From positions 558,001 through 622,000 of the forward strand of contig OW569345.1 in assembly GCA_937625935.1 (NCBI GenBank): 64,000 bases of DNA, given 5' to 3'. Shown one piece after another: positions 1-9,350 of the stretch. The DNA is from Tetramitus jugosus. Its lineage: Eukaryota > Protista > Heterolobosea. The notes below the pieces were generated by a model. The model had not been told where the DNA came from, did no database searches, and saw nothing but the letters and a program-made list of their open reading frames with translations. The translations under genes and the position numbers were made by a program. Within the stretch, counting starts at the first letter, position 1; each line of letters begins with the position of its first letter.

Positions 1-720
1 ACCCAGATACCCAATAAATGACACCATGTTTGTAAATCCACACAGTGTCTTTATCGTATCTATCTGTGAGAGCATCATGTATGGCAGGATGAACACGAGT
101 GAGAATCGAAACAGAACAAAGCCAAGAAACATGAATAGACCGTTGAGTACATAGTAAGGACTATCCTTCATTCCCATCTTGAGCATGATGACTCTCGCAT
201 TTACAAACGGAGTTGTAATCTCTGACAAGCAAAACATGACTACAACAACGTGGTAAACCCGATAGTAGCAGCATCCCAGAAGACAGGAAACAACGCACAC
301 ATGATGACAGAACATGCCCAGTCCTCCCAAACTCTCAAAATCCGTCATAATCAACAAATAATCATACAAAAAGTAACCAAGTGTCCCCGTTGAAGCCAAA
401 CTGAACGAATCACTCGTGTAAACAATATCCCAAGATTGAAACTTTGGATCATTCTTGTAGAAATAAATGGCTATAAAGCAGGAGTACAGAGCATGAATGT
501 TGGAGACTAATCTCGATCGAATATCCTTCCACTCACTTGAAGTGCAGCTTGCTTTTATCATCTCTATATACTTGGAAGGCAACAAATGCTCACTTATGCT
601 GTACAATCCGGCCCATAAGATGGTCGAGAGAGCGACCAACGACCAAAAATTAGCTGGTACGTCATGAATGAAATTTGCTTCTGATTGAAAGAAATTTCGG
701 CCTATCATTCTTCCTGACAT
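1..720 (-). CDS. TLC (TRAM/LAG1/CLN8) domain membrane protein, runs off the window edge
   Basis: Manual translation from ATG at 720: RLVSNIHA...GYFLYD...MFCHH...LSEITTPFVN...NGLFMFLGFVLFR, the TLC/TMEM56-type motifs. Confidence 0.8.
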   Translation of the reverse strand, partial: MSGRMIGRNFFQSEANFIHDVPANFWSLVALSTILWAGLYSISEHLLPSKYIEMIKASCTSSEWKDIRSRLVSNIHALYSCFIAIYFYKNDPKFQSWDIVYTSDSFSLASTGTLGYFLYDYLLIMTDFESLGGLGMFCHHVCVVSCLLGCCYYRVYHVVVVMFCLSEITTPFVNARVIMLKMGMKDSPYYVLNGLFMFLGFVLFRFSLVFILPYMMLSQIDTIKTLCGFTNMVSFIGYLG

Positions 721-1126
721 TATTATTGGAATGATGTTGTTATGGTTTTGACTACTAGAGGAGTTTCAGTTATCCGCTAAATATACTAGCTATTATGATT
801 TGTTAAACAATAATTCACTAGTTGTGCTATTGTTTGAATGGTTGGATTTGAATTTTGCTTGCATAAAGAAACAGCTTGGTTGAGTACGGTCAAATATATA
901 ACCTGAGCTTCTCACCACGACAGTCCAGACTGATGTTCTTGAAAATACTCTCAGGTGATAAAATAAGCCCCCAGAATCGGCCAACCACAAAATATCATCG
1001 GAAAAATGAGTGCGAGAAATACCACATGAATTTTTTTGCTCGCCTCGTCTGGTGCTCATTTCCACAGACACCAGACATTGGATCACATGAAATTGTTTTG
1101 ACCGTGCAAACTCAACAATTTTAGAT

Positions 1127-1210
1127 TGTACATGATGATAACGAACCATGCACCAAACTGATCATCATTGATGAGACATTCTTCAACGACAACGATATCT
1201 GTCTGACACA
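1127..1210 (+). ncRNA. Box C/D snoRNA, snR40/SNORD32-like (18S Gm1271-equivalent guide)
   Basis: Box C ATGATGA 1132-1138, D' CTGA 1158-1161, C' TTGATGA 1168-1174, D CTGA 1203-1206. CCATGCACCA (1146-1155) is complementary to conserved 18S UGGUGCAUGG; the D'+5 rule points to the G equivalent to yeast Gm1271. Confidence 0.75.
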
Positions 1211-1648
1211 GTCCTTTTAGAGTTACTCACAGGCTCATCATGTTCCGGGAGAGAAACAGAGCTCGTCGTAGTGGCTCATCTGGCAATCCGTCTTTGAATT
1301 TCTCAATGTGAAATGACTTTTCATTTCCTTCAACCCCGCTCACACGCCCAGTCGACGTCACCAACATACTGTTTCCTTCCAATTTTGTCGAAGCCAAGCA
1401 GTGTACGAAACGACACCCGCACGTGAATGATGTGGCTTGCTGATTCTCCGTAAAAGCAACCCCCTCCCTGGAGTTATTGAGTGATGCTACAACGGTGATG
1501 ACGATATAACGCGTTGCTATTTACACACTCACACCGCACGAGAATCTTGTGCCTCAGAGCTGGACCAGTGAATTCAGTAATCAAGCAGCTAAAACTCAAC
1601 AACACCAACACACTATAACAACAAAGCTAACCTACTACAACACTGAAC

Positions 1649-2539
1649 ATGTCATCTGAAACGACACAACAATTGCTCCAGAGCTATGAGAGCACATTCA
1701 CAGGCCTAACAAAGTATCAATACCATCTGTTTAACAACTACCTTCACACTGCACCATGGATCAGTGTCGTTGGTTATTTGCTCATGGTGTTCTTGCTGCC
1801 TAAAATTATGATTGCTATCCGTGGTGGTCGTTCCTCCTCCTCCACCTCATCACCACCATCCTCATCTCAACCACAAAAGTTTGGTCTTCTAAAGTACACG
1901 ATGGCATCATGGAACTTGTTCCTCTCTGTTCTAAGCTTGGTCATGATGGTTGGATTTGGTGCTCCATTTTTGAAGATTGTGCTTGGTGATAGAGGAGTTG
2001 GAGGTACGATCTGTGATGTGAAGCATGACTTGTTTGTTCCATCGAGTATGATGTTCTGGGCCAATATTTTTGTCTTTTCAAAGTACATTGAACTGTTGGA
2101 CACTGTGTTCTTGATTGTGAAGAATCCTGAGAGACCTGTGCCTTTCCTCCACTTTTATCATCATGCTACTGTGTTGGCATTCAGTTGGTATGCTGCTCAC
2201 ATGAGGTACTCTGCTGCTCTGTGGTCCATTTTGATCAATAGCTCTGTTCACTTGGTCATGTACTTTTACTACTTTTTGACAGAGTTGGGATATAGACCAA
2301 GTTGGGCTGTTGTGATCACTGTGACTCAAATTACACAAATGGTGGTTGGTGTGGCAATGAACGGTATCTGGGTGTACAAGTACATGACTGGTGCTGGATG
2401 TCAATGCGATGCACCTAATGCAATCATGATCTCTGCTCTCATCATGTACGGCAGCTATCTCCTTCTCTTTGTTCAATTCTTTGTCAAGAGATATAGCAAG
2501 AAGCCAAGCGCAGGCACTCCAAAGTCAAAGCAATTGTAA
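1649..2539 (+). CDS. Fatty acid elongase (GNS1/SUR4, ELO family)
   Basis: SKYIELLDT, FLHFYHH histidine box, NSSVHLVMYFYY, TQITQM motifs; multi-TM; lysine-rich C-terminus. Confidence 0.95.
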   Translation: MSSETTQQLLQSYESTFTGLTKYQYHLFNNYLHTAPWISVVGYLLMVFLLPKIMIAIRGGRSSSSTSSPPSSSQPQKFGLLKYTMASWNLFLSVLSLVMMVGFGAPFLKIVLGDRGVGGTICDVKHDLFVPSSMMFWANIFVFSKYIELLDTVFLIVKNPERPVPFLHFYHHATVLAFSWYAAHMRYSAALWSILINSSVHLVMYFYYFLTELGYRPSWAVVITVTQITQMVVGVAMNGIWVYKYMTGAGCQCDAPNAIMISALIMYGSYLLLFVQFFVKRYSKKPSAGTPKSKQL

Positions 2540-2793
2540 AGCTTTGAGACTCAAAGTCACTTGATCACCAAATTAAAAGCATGGTGTTTGTGGTGCATGC
2601 ACCAGTATTATCAAGTGCATTCACTTCCTTTCTAGGTTGCATCAAGACGATGACCAACGTGTGTGAGCATTCAATTGCCTTCTCACTCTCTGTCATGGAA
2701 TAATAAACGAATTATCCGCCTAAAAACTCACCACAATATTTCTGCCAAGAATCGAAAGCAAGCTTTCAAAAAAGAAAGAGCGCGTCAGAGTCT

Positions 2794-3534
2794 TTATTCT
2801 TCCTCGTAAACAACCTTGTATAGTTGAGAGCTTGCATCATGGCTTTGATTCACAGTCCAATTATCATTCATCCTGGCCAATAGTTCCTCAGAGTACAATT
2901 GACGAATGCTTGGCTTGTTCAACAGCTGCAAACAACCAAAGATTGGTTCCAAATGGAGTCGCATATAACCCTTGAACAATTCGATTCTTCCACCTCTGAC
3001 AACAATCGTATTGTTGTTATTTGATGCGTTTTGAAGTGCTTCTTGCAACACTGCCAATTGCTTTGGATGAGTCACTGTCAACACGACAGTACCAGTCTCA
3101 TCACCCACCACTGCCTCAGCTACAACGACTCTCGAACCCTTTCTGTTCATTCTTCCAGGTTGAGCCGTGTTTGAATAGAGAAGATCATTGATTGGCTCCA
3201 TCTCGATCATTTTCTTCATTTTAGCTTCAGTGGCAAGAACATTGATGGAGACTGGCTTGAGGACGAGATTGAGATTTCTGGTGCCTGGTTCCAATTGAGA
3301 CACCTTGATGAACCTTGGTTGCTTTTTGGTTTGTTGTTGTTGTTGTTGAGTGTTGTCTGATAATGTTGATACAGGTGTTGTTGATGTTGGTGGAGATGTT
3401 GTATTGTGGTTGCCATTGCTGGTGTTGTTGTTTTGTGCTGCTCCTGTTGTTGGTGATGTGTTGCTCCCTTGTTGATGCTTTGGGGAGGTGTTGCTGTCAT
3501 TTTGCTGAGATCTGCCTCTTCCTTTGTATGCCAT
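2794..3534 (-). CDS. OB-fold nucleic-acid-binding protein (SSB/SOSS-like) with disordered N-terminus
   Basis: FIKVSQLEPGTRNLNLVLK...VAEAVVGDETGTVVLT...IELFKGYMRL pattern. Confidence 0.75.
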   Translation of the reverse strand: MAYKGRGRSQQNDSNTSPKHQQGSNTSPTTGAAQNNNTSNGNHNTTSPPTSTTPVSTLSDNTQQQQQQTKKQPRFIKVSQLEPGTRNLNLVLKPVSINVLATEAKMKKMIEMEPINDLLYSNTAQPGRMNRKGSRVVVAEAVVGDETGTVVLTVTHPKQLAVLQEALQNASNNNNTIVVRGGRIELFKGYMRLHLEPIFGCLQLLNKPSIRQLYSEELLARMNDNWTVNQSHDASSQLYKVVYEEE

Positions 3535-4103
3535 GGTTTCTAGAGAGTTCTGTTTGCTGTTGTTGGTGAATTTGTGTCAAATGTGATGATACTTGTTTTT
3601 GTTTTGCTTTGATCTTGTGACCTGATTTTCTTGAACTCCAGAGCACAGTAGACGCAGAACTTGGGCGGGAGGTTCCTGCAAAAAAAGATTTGTAATCTTC
3701 GGAATTCAAATTGAACTCAATAGTCCGACTTTCATTCCCTCACGAAAAGGTTGTAATTTTCAAGAAAAGGAAGGTGAAATACAATTTACTGAAACGGAAG
3801 GCTTAAGGTTGATTTTCATAATTTTATTGACATTGTTGGGTATGAACGAATGATGCATGTGAGACATCTCAACACACAATATTCAAAGTGTGGAAAGTAA
3901 GTAATGGGTCATCTTGGTCGGACAGAGCATGTGGTGGATGGGTCACACTCATCACATGCACACAGGGAGCAAATGTCGTTCAACAACAACAACAAGAACA
4001 TATAAAGAATACTTGTTTCGTCATCGTTGCTCAACCAAGTGTGTTTCCACTCTCAACGGTGTCCGTCCAACATGACCTACGTAAATTTCGAGACTCAAAA
4101 AAT

Positions 4104-5039
4104 TTAATATCCTCCTCTTCCTCTGCCTCTTGGAGCACCACGGCCACCGCCAAATCCACCACCTCTTGGAGCACCACCACCGCGGCCACCTCCGAAACCA
4201 CCTCTAGCGCCTCCTCGGCCACCACCAAAGCCACCACCACGGCCACCTCCGAAACCGCCTCTAGCACCTCCTCGGCCACCACCAAAGCCACCTCTAGCTC
4301 CACCTCTGCCACCGCCAAAGCCACCACGACCACCACCTTCGGTTCTCTTCTTCTTTTCCTTTGGTTCCAGTGGGCTCTTCTCTGGAGGAGGCAAAAATCG
4401 TTCTAGTGGCATCACACGTTGTGGGTTAATGAAACACTTGTCTCCAGTCTTAAACTTCTTTCCCTTATTTTCTTCGCTCAATTCAACTGAAAAGTAAACT
4501 TCAGTCAATGGACCAAGAACTTCATGCAATTTACCGAGCAGCGAGTAGTCCTCGTTGTAAACGTTTGACTCACAAAGTGGGATATTTTTATGAACATTCT
4601 TGAACAATAGTTCTTCCTTGGCGTGACGAACGTATTCTCCAGCAACTGCATTGTGTTTGTTACAAGTCAAACGAAAAAAAAATTTCACACAATCAGTATA
4701 AACTGCTGCATCAGTAATCCATTCAAACAAGAGTAGCAAAAAAAGAGAAAATTTTCAACAACAACAATAAGCACACATACGTTCAACAGAAGATGGAGGG
4801 AATTCCTCTCGACCACCACCACCACCGAAACCGCCACGGCCACCACCGCGACCACCACCACGTCCACCAAAGCCACCACCTCTTGGAGCGCCACCTCCAA
4901 AGCCACCACCACGGCCACCTCCAAAACCACCTCCTCTTGGGGCGCCGCCTCCACGACCACCACCGAATCCACCTCTTGGGGCGCCGCCTCCGAAGCCACC
5001 ACGTCCACCTCCTCTAGCATTAAATCCACCGCCTCTCAT
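4104..5039 (-). CDS. GAR1: H/ACA snoRNP subunit Gar1; intron 4646-4780
   Basis: RGG/FGG repeats flank a Gar1 core (PPSSVE...GKLHEVLGPLTEVYFSV...MPLERFLP). A GTATGT...CAG intron joins the two ORFs in frame. Confidence 0.95.
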
Positions 5040-5523
5040 TTTCTTGTTTTATTATTGTTGTTGATGTTGTGAGTTTTTGTGTTTTTTGTTTTTCTTTGTT
5101 GTCGACGAACAGCACGGGGAAAAGTGATTTTCTGGTCTTAAAGAGCTCTCTGTGTGAAAAATGCTTTTTGGCTGTTTGACCCAAAAAGTTTGTTGCAGTG
5201 TTGATTCACCGATTTTCCTGAAGGTTTACAATCAAATGGCGGATGATGTGAATAAACTTTCTGTCGACTCCACCAACTTTCTGCATAGTGTGATCATCTC
5301 GAGATTTTCAATTGTGCATCATTCCATCATCTCAATCATCTTGCGTATGCACAAGTAGTCTCTACCAGGTACCTAAAGTCGATTTATCGGGATAATGAGA
5401 GGATAATTTGACTCCGACATCAAATAATCCGTCAAAATTCGCGCCCGATCTGGCCAAAAACTCTGAAAAACCAAACAAAGTGTCAGTCCTTAAATCTGTG
5501 TATGTGAAAGGTGGGGAAAAGCC

Positions 5524-7086
5524 ATGGATAGCAACATATTTACAACAACTGAAGCTGCAGCAGTTGTCGCAGCCATTGATGAAAAAGCGACTGATCAACA
5601 ATCATCATCCATTGTTCCCGCAAACTCTTATCACAGTAACAATAACAATACTAATAATAATAATAACATAAATGACACATTGACAACAGTGATAGAAATG
5701 GAGAGTGTGCCCGAACAGAGTATTTCTGTTGCAATCAATGATGATAATGATGAGAGCAATAGTCACAACATCAATGATCAAGTGGAGGAGGAAGATGATG
5801 ATGATGGCGATGACGAGAATCAAAAATGGAATGAAGAAACAAACAATGGCAATAGTCATATACAAGACACTGTGAATAAGATTATGAACAATGAAACATT
5901 TGTGCAGTTGAGACAAGTGTTGAAACAGGCAATGATGAGATCCGGTCGTTACATTCTACTCTATTTCTTCAGTAGTATCAGTATGACACTATTTGTAAAG
6001 TATACAGTCTCCTATAGCAAGATTAGTTTTCCGTTGACTCTACTGGGGACACAACACGCGGTCAACACAGTGTTTTGTTACATGCTAGTGTGGTATATGG
6101 AGAATAGACGGTACATGAAGCAAGTACAGTTGAGTAAGAGTGTAAGTAGTAGTAGTGAAGAGAGTAACAATCATCAGAGTATGGTTGTGCCTCAGAGAAG
6201 ACGTATTTTAAAGTGGGAGACATTGAAGCAAATGGTGCCGTTTGGAGTGATGAGTGCAGTGGATTACGGATTGTCCAATTTGAGCTTTTTGTTCATTACG
6301 GTTACGCTGTACACAATGGTCAAGTGCTCATCACCCGTGTTTGTTCTTCTGACTTCATTTTTCGCAAAGATTGAATCGCCAAAGAAATTTCTGATCCTGT
6401 CGATTGTAATCATGAGCTTGGGTGTTGGATTGGCCACGGGAAGTAGTGTCGATTTTCATTGGATTGGATTTTTATTTGTGTTGTGTGCGAGTGTTGTATC
6501 GGGATTGAGATTGGTTTATGTTCAAACGGTGCTGCAATCTGATGATAGAGTATCATCCATGGTTGTTAGTGGAAATGGAGGTTCTTCCGAGCATTTAAAT
6601 AGCTTGGAGGTATTCATGTACTCTGCTCCTGTATTAGCATTGTCTGTTTTGCCGTTTGCCATGATTGTAGAGGGACCAAAGATGTCCAGAGTATTCCCCT
6701 CTCTGTCCAATATTCCTGCTGATCAATCTCTGTCTCTAGCAAAGACATTGTTTGTGACAAAGTTTCTTGGAACGTTAATGGTCAGCTCTTTCTTTGGATT
6801 CTGCCTTAACTTGAGCGAATTTCTGCTCATCAAACAAACTTCATCACTTACATACACTGTTGTGAGCACAGTCAAAGAGTTGTTAATGATTGCATTCGGT
6901 GTTATTGTGTATGGAGATAAGGTGACACTGATGAATATTTCTGGATTTTGCTTTAGTTTGATTGGAGTTCTCATGTTCAAGCTGTACAGATTTTCGAGCG
7001 TCATTCGTGAGAAGCAAGTCGCAGAGCAAGAAAGTTTGATCAATCACTCAGAGCAGGAACTGCAAAGCACTTCCCAGAATCAATGA
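5524..7086 (+). CDS. Triose-phosphate/nucleotide-sugar transporter (SLC35C2-like)
   Basis: FPLTL...DYGLSNLSFLFITVTLYTMVKCSSPVFVL...TSSLTYTVVSTVKE; about 10 TM segments. Confidence 0.9.
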   Translation: MDSNIFTTTEAAAVVAAIDEKATDQQSSSIVPANSYHSNNNNTNNNNNINDTLTTVIEMESVPEQSISVAINDDNDESNSHNINDQVEEEDDDDGDDENQKWNEETNNGNSHIQDTVNKIMNNETFVQLRQVLKQAMMRSGRYILLYFFSSISMTLFVKYTVSYSKISFPLTLLGTQHAVNTVFCYMLVWYMENRRYMKQVQLSKSVSSSSEESNNHQSMVVPQRRRILKWETLKQMVPFGVMSAVDYGLSNLSFLFITVTLYTMVKCSSPVFVLLTSFFAKIESPKKFLILSIVIMSLGVGLATGSSVDFHWIGFLFVLCASVVSGLRLVYVQTVLQSDDRVSSMVVSGNGGSSEHLNSLEVFMYSAPVLALSVLPFAMIVEGPKMSRVFPSLSNIPADQSLSLAKTLFVTKFLGTLMVSSFFGFCLNLSEFLLIKQTSSLTYTVVSTVKELLMIAFGVIVYGDKVTLMNISGFCFSLIGVLMFKLYRFSSVIREKQVAEQESLINHSEQELQSTSQNQ

Positions 7087-7132
7087 GCGTGCCTTCGCTA
7101 GAACACAATAAACCGAAAATTTCGCGCCAAAA

Positions 7133-9006
7133 TTTTTTTTTTTTTTTTTTAATACAACCATTTCGGTTGCTCACTTTATTCTCAATACATTTTCATCAGC
7201 CATCGCTCTTTGAGCGATGGCTCTTGGTCGTCTGATTAATTCCCAATGACGCTCGCAGAGCGTCATTGCTGTTGTTTCGCTTTTGTTGCGGTGAAGAGGT
7301 GAAGGAGAGTCGTGAGACATCTCCGTTTCACCCCATTCACAAAGGTTCTTGCTTTCTTACCGGCTTCTGTTGTTTTGATCCCAGTCGCTACCAGTCCGTT
7401 GGTGACCTCTTCGATGGCGTTTGTTTCTATGCCCATCATACCCTTCAGAAATTCTCTACTCGTCCGTCGCAAAGGACGCCTTTCCATCTTGCCATCCTTC
7501 AGTCGCACATTATCGAACCATATGTCGATACAGGACACACCCATGCTGGTAAGCTCCTTACTGACAGTCAACGCTAGACATCTTCTTGCATACACAGCCC
7601 TTGAGCCTCGAATGAGGCAGTGCAGCATACTTTCGGGTTCTTTGTTACACCAGACACACATTGAGGGCTCGGTGCCAGTGTTATAAAGACACCGAACAAC
7701 TTCCTCCGTGTGGAGAGTACCACTTCTGACCTGAAGCTGGAACCATTCCAGCCTTCTGTCAACAACGTGTGGGTACTTGAGAAAGCTGAAGTCTGCGCCG
7801 CTGTAGTTGTCATCTTTTTGAATCCACCAACGCTCGCTCTTCTCTACACGTGCATTTCTCTCCTGATCAAACAGGGCCTGTAGGTGTTCTCTACTCTCGA
7901 CTCTGAGGTTACCCTTGTACAGAGCAGGTTCATTTTTAGTGGAGTTTTGGCTAATGGGACACTGACAGGTCCTCATTTGCGCAATCAAAATGTTCAGTAT
8001 TTGGTGCGACTTTGCACCTATCCTACATGTTGGGAATAGTTTCTTGAATTCTTTGAAACAGATGGGATGTTCCTCTACAAGCAGTTGATTGCGGCTGACT
8101 ATACCTGAGAGGTAGAGTTTTTTGAGGATGGTGGATGGTACGTACCTTGCCAACCTAGACTCATCACACTGCGTAGTTGTATCAACAGTTAATCTGATCC
8201 CATGTGCGTGCATCCTGATGGCACACCACTTGTGGTAAGTTGACACGACATTCTCGAGTCTGTTGCTTGACTGAAATACATTCTCTTGTTGGAATGTTTG
8301 GTGGAGCTTGATGTCCTCAAGCGTGTCAAGGAACAGCCTACGAGCTTCAGTGTCTCTCTTACCGTTGATCATTGAGAACACAAACCATCCAGTCTGCGTC
8401 GCAATTGTCTCTTCAATGTCCTTTAGTCCTACTGACCCGAGCTCAAAGCCGATGGACAGTAGCTCAGTCGGGAACCTCTTCATTGCCTTCGACCCGAACT
8501 TCACTAATGATCTTCCCAGTGCATTAACTTTGTTCAACCACTCATCTGTCCAGTCAGTAAACTCTGATGCATAAGCGAATAGAGGATGGATGCACGTGTT
8601 CACCACCCGACTCACTTGTCTTGCGGTGAGTCTCATTATTTTGAGCCTAACAACCACCCTCTGTGCCTTTTGCCACGCTTGTTCTCTCTGTTTCTGGGTT
8701 GCACCCTTGAGATTCGTGTACAGACCCAGCGCACGAAACACCTGCCTGTTGTTTCTCCCCACCACCTTGGTGCCATCCACAGTAATGTCGTTCGATGACT
8801 TATTGTCCACTTTTCTGACATAAAGTTCCAACTTGTCAGGATGCATTGTCATTCGAAGCCAACCCAAAGCGGTAGACATTGCTTTGGCGGCAATTTCAAT
8901 GTCCTCCCTGGATTCAGCAAACAGATTACAGTCATCCACGTACGCGGCATTCCAGAGTCTCTGAGTCATCGCACCAAATCCTTTCACTTGACTTTTCACA
9001 TACAAC
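7133..9006 (-). mobile_element. 5'-truncated non-LTR retrotransposon with poly(A) tail and TSD
   Basis: Poly(T) 7133-7150 on + strand; direct repeat AAAATTTCGCGCCAAAA(TT) at 7116-7134 and 9007-9025; AATAAA at 7175-7180 on - strand; RT ORF fills the element. Confidence 0.92.
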
Positions 9007-9008
9007 AA
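7263..9008 (-). CDS. Reverse transcriptase C-terminal part (non-LTR ORF2, 5'-truncated)
   Basis: AYVDDCNL catalytic motif, MHPDK and FRALG (RT domains 6/7), C-terminal CVWC...ESMLH zinc-knuckle-like motif. No endonuclease or RT domains 1-4. Confidence 0.88.
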   Translation of the reverse strand: MLYVKSQVKGFGAMTQRLWNAAYVDDCNLFAESREDIEIAAKAMSTALGWLRMTMHPDKLELYVRKVDNKSSNDITVDGTKVVGRNNRQVFRALGLYTNLKGATQKQREQAWQKAQRVVVRLKIMRLTARQVSRVVNTCIHPLFAYASEFTDWTDEWLNKVNALGRSLVKFGSKAMKRFPTELLSIGFELGSVGLKDIEETIATQTGWFVFSMINGKRDTEARRLFLDTLEDIKLHQTFQQENVFQSSNRLENVVSTYHKWCAIRMHAHGIRLTVDTTTQCDESRLARYVPSTILKKLYLSGIVSRNQLLVEEHPICFKEFKKLFPTCRIGAKSHQILNILIAQMRTCQCPISQNSTKNEPALYKGNLRVESREHLQALFDQERNARVEKSERWWIQKDDNYSGADFSFLKYPHVVDRRLEWFQLQVRSGTLHTEEVVRCLYNTGTEPSMCVWCNKEPESMLHCLIRGSRAVYARRCLALTVSKELTSMGVSCIDIWFDNVRLKDGKMERRPLRRTSREFLKGMMGIETNAIEEVTNGLVATGIKTTEAGKKARTFVNGVKRRCLTTLLHLFTATKAKQQQ

Positions 9009-9062
9009 AATTTCGCGCCAAAATTACAAGGGGGAAAACAAAAATTGAAAGGAATAATATCA

Positions 9063-9135
9063 AGCATCTTGGCGCAGCGGTTAGCGCGACGGGCTCATAA
9101 CCCGTAGGTCCCAGGATCGATACCTGGAGATGCTA
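9063..9135 (+). tRNA. Initiator tRNA-Met (CAT)
   Basis: Acceptor stem AGCATCT/AGATGCT with A1:U72; anticodon arm ACGGG-CTCATAA-CCCGT with 3 G-C pairs; T-loop reads GATCG rather than GTTCG, as in eukaryotic initiator tRNAs. Confidence 0.95.
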
Positions 9136-9350
9136 TCCAATCTTTTTCAGTTTTCTGCCCATTTTCACACACTTCTGTCGGAGTGCCATTCTGTTCTCCT
9201 ACCAAGAGATGGCAGAGACAATTTTCGATTCAACACGCAAACTTTTCTTCCTGTTGGCTTCACACACAAAAAAATCATCGTTCCACTTTATCTTCATTGT
9301 GTGTTTTTTTCAACTCTCCCAACAACAACAAACAACCAATCAAAAAAGTC

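Noticed and set aside
5240-5330. ACTCCACCAACT (5267-5278), complementary to conserved 18S AGUUGGUGGAGU, near an ATGATG
   Set aside because: No canonical D box (CTGC instead of CTGA) and imperfect C box; insufficient for a snoRNA call.
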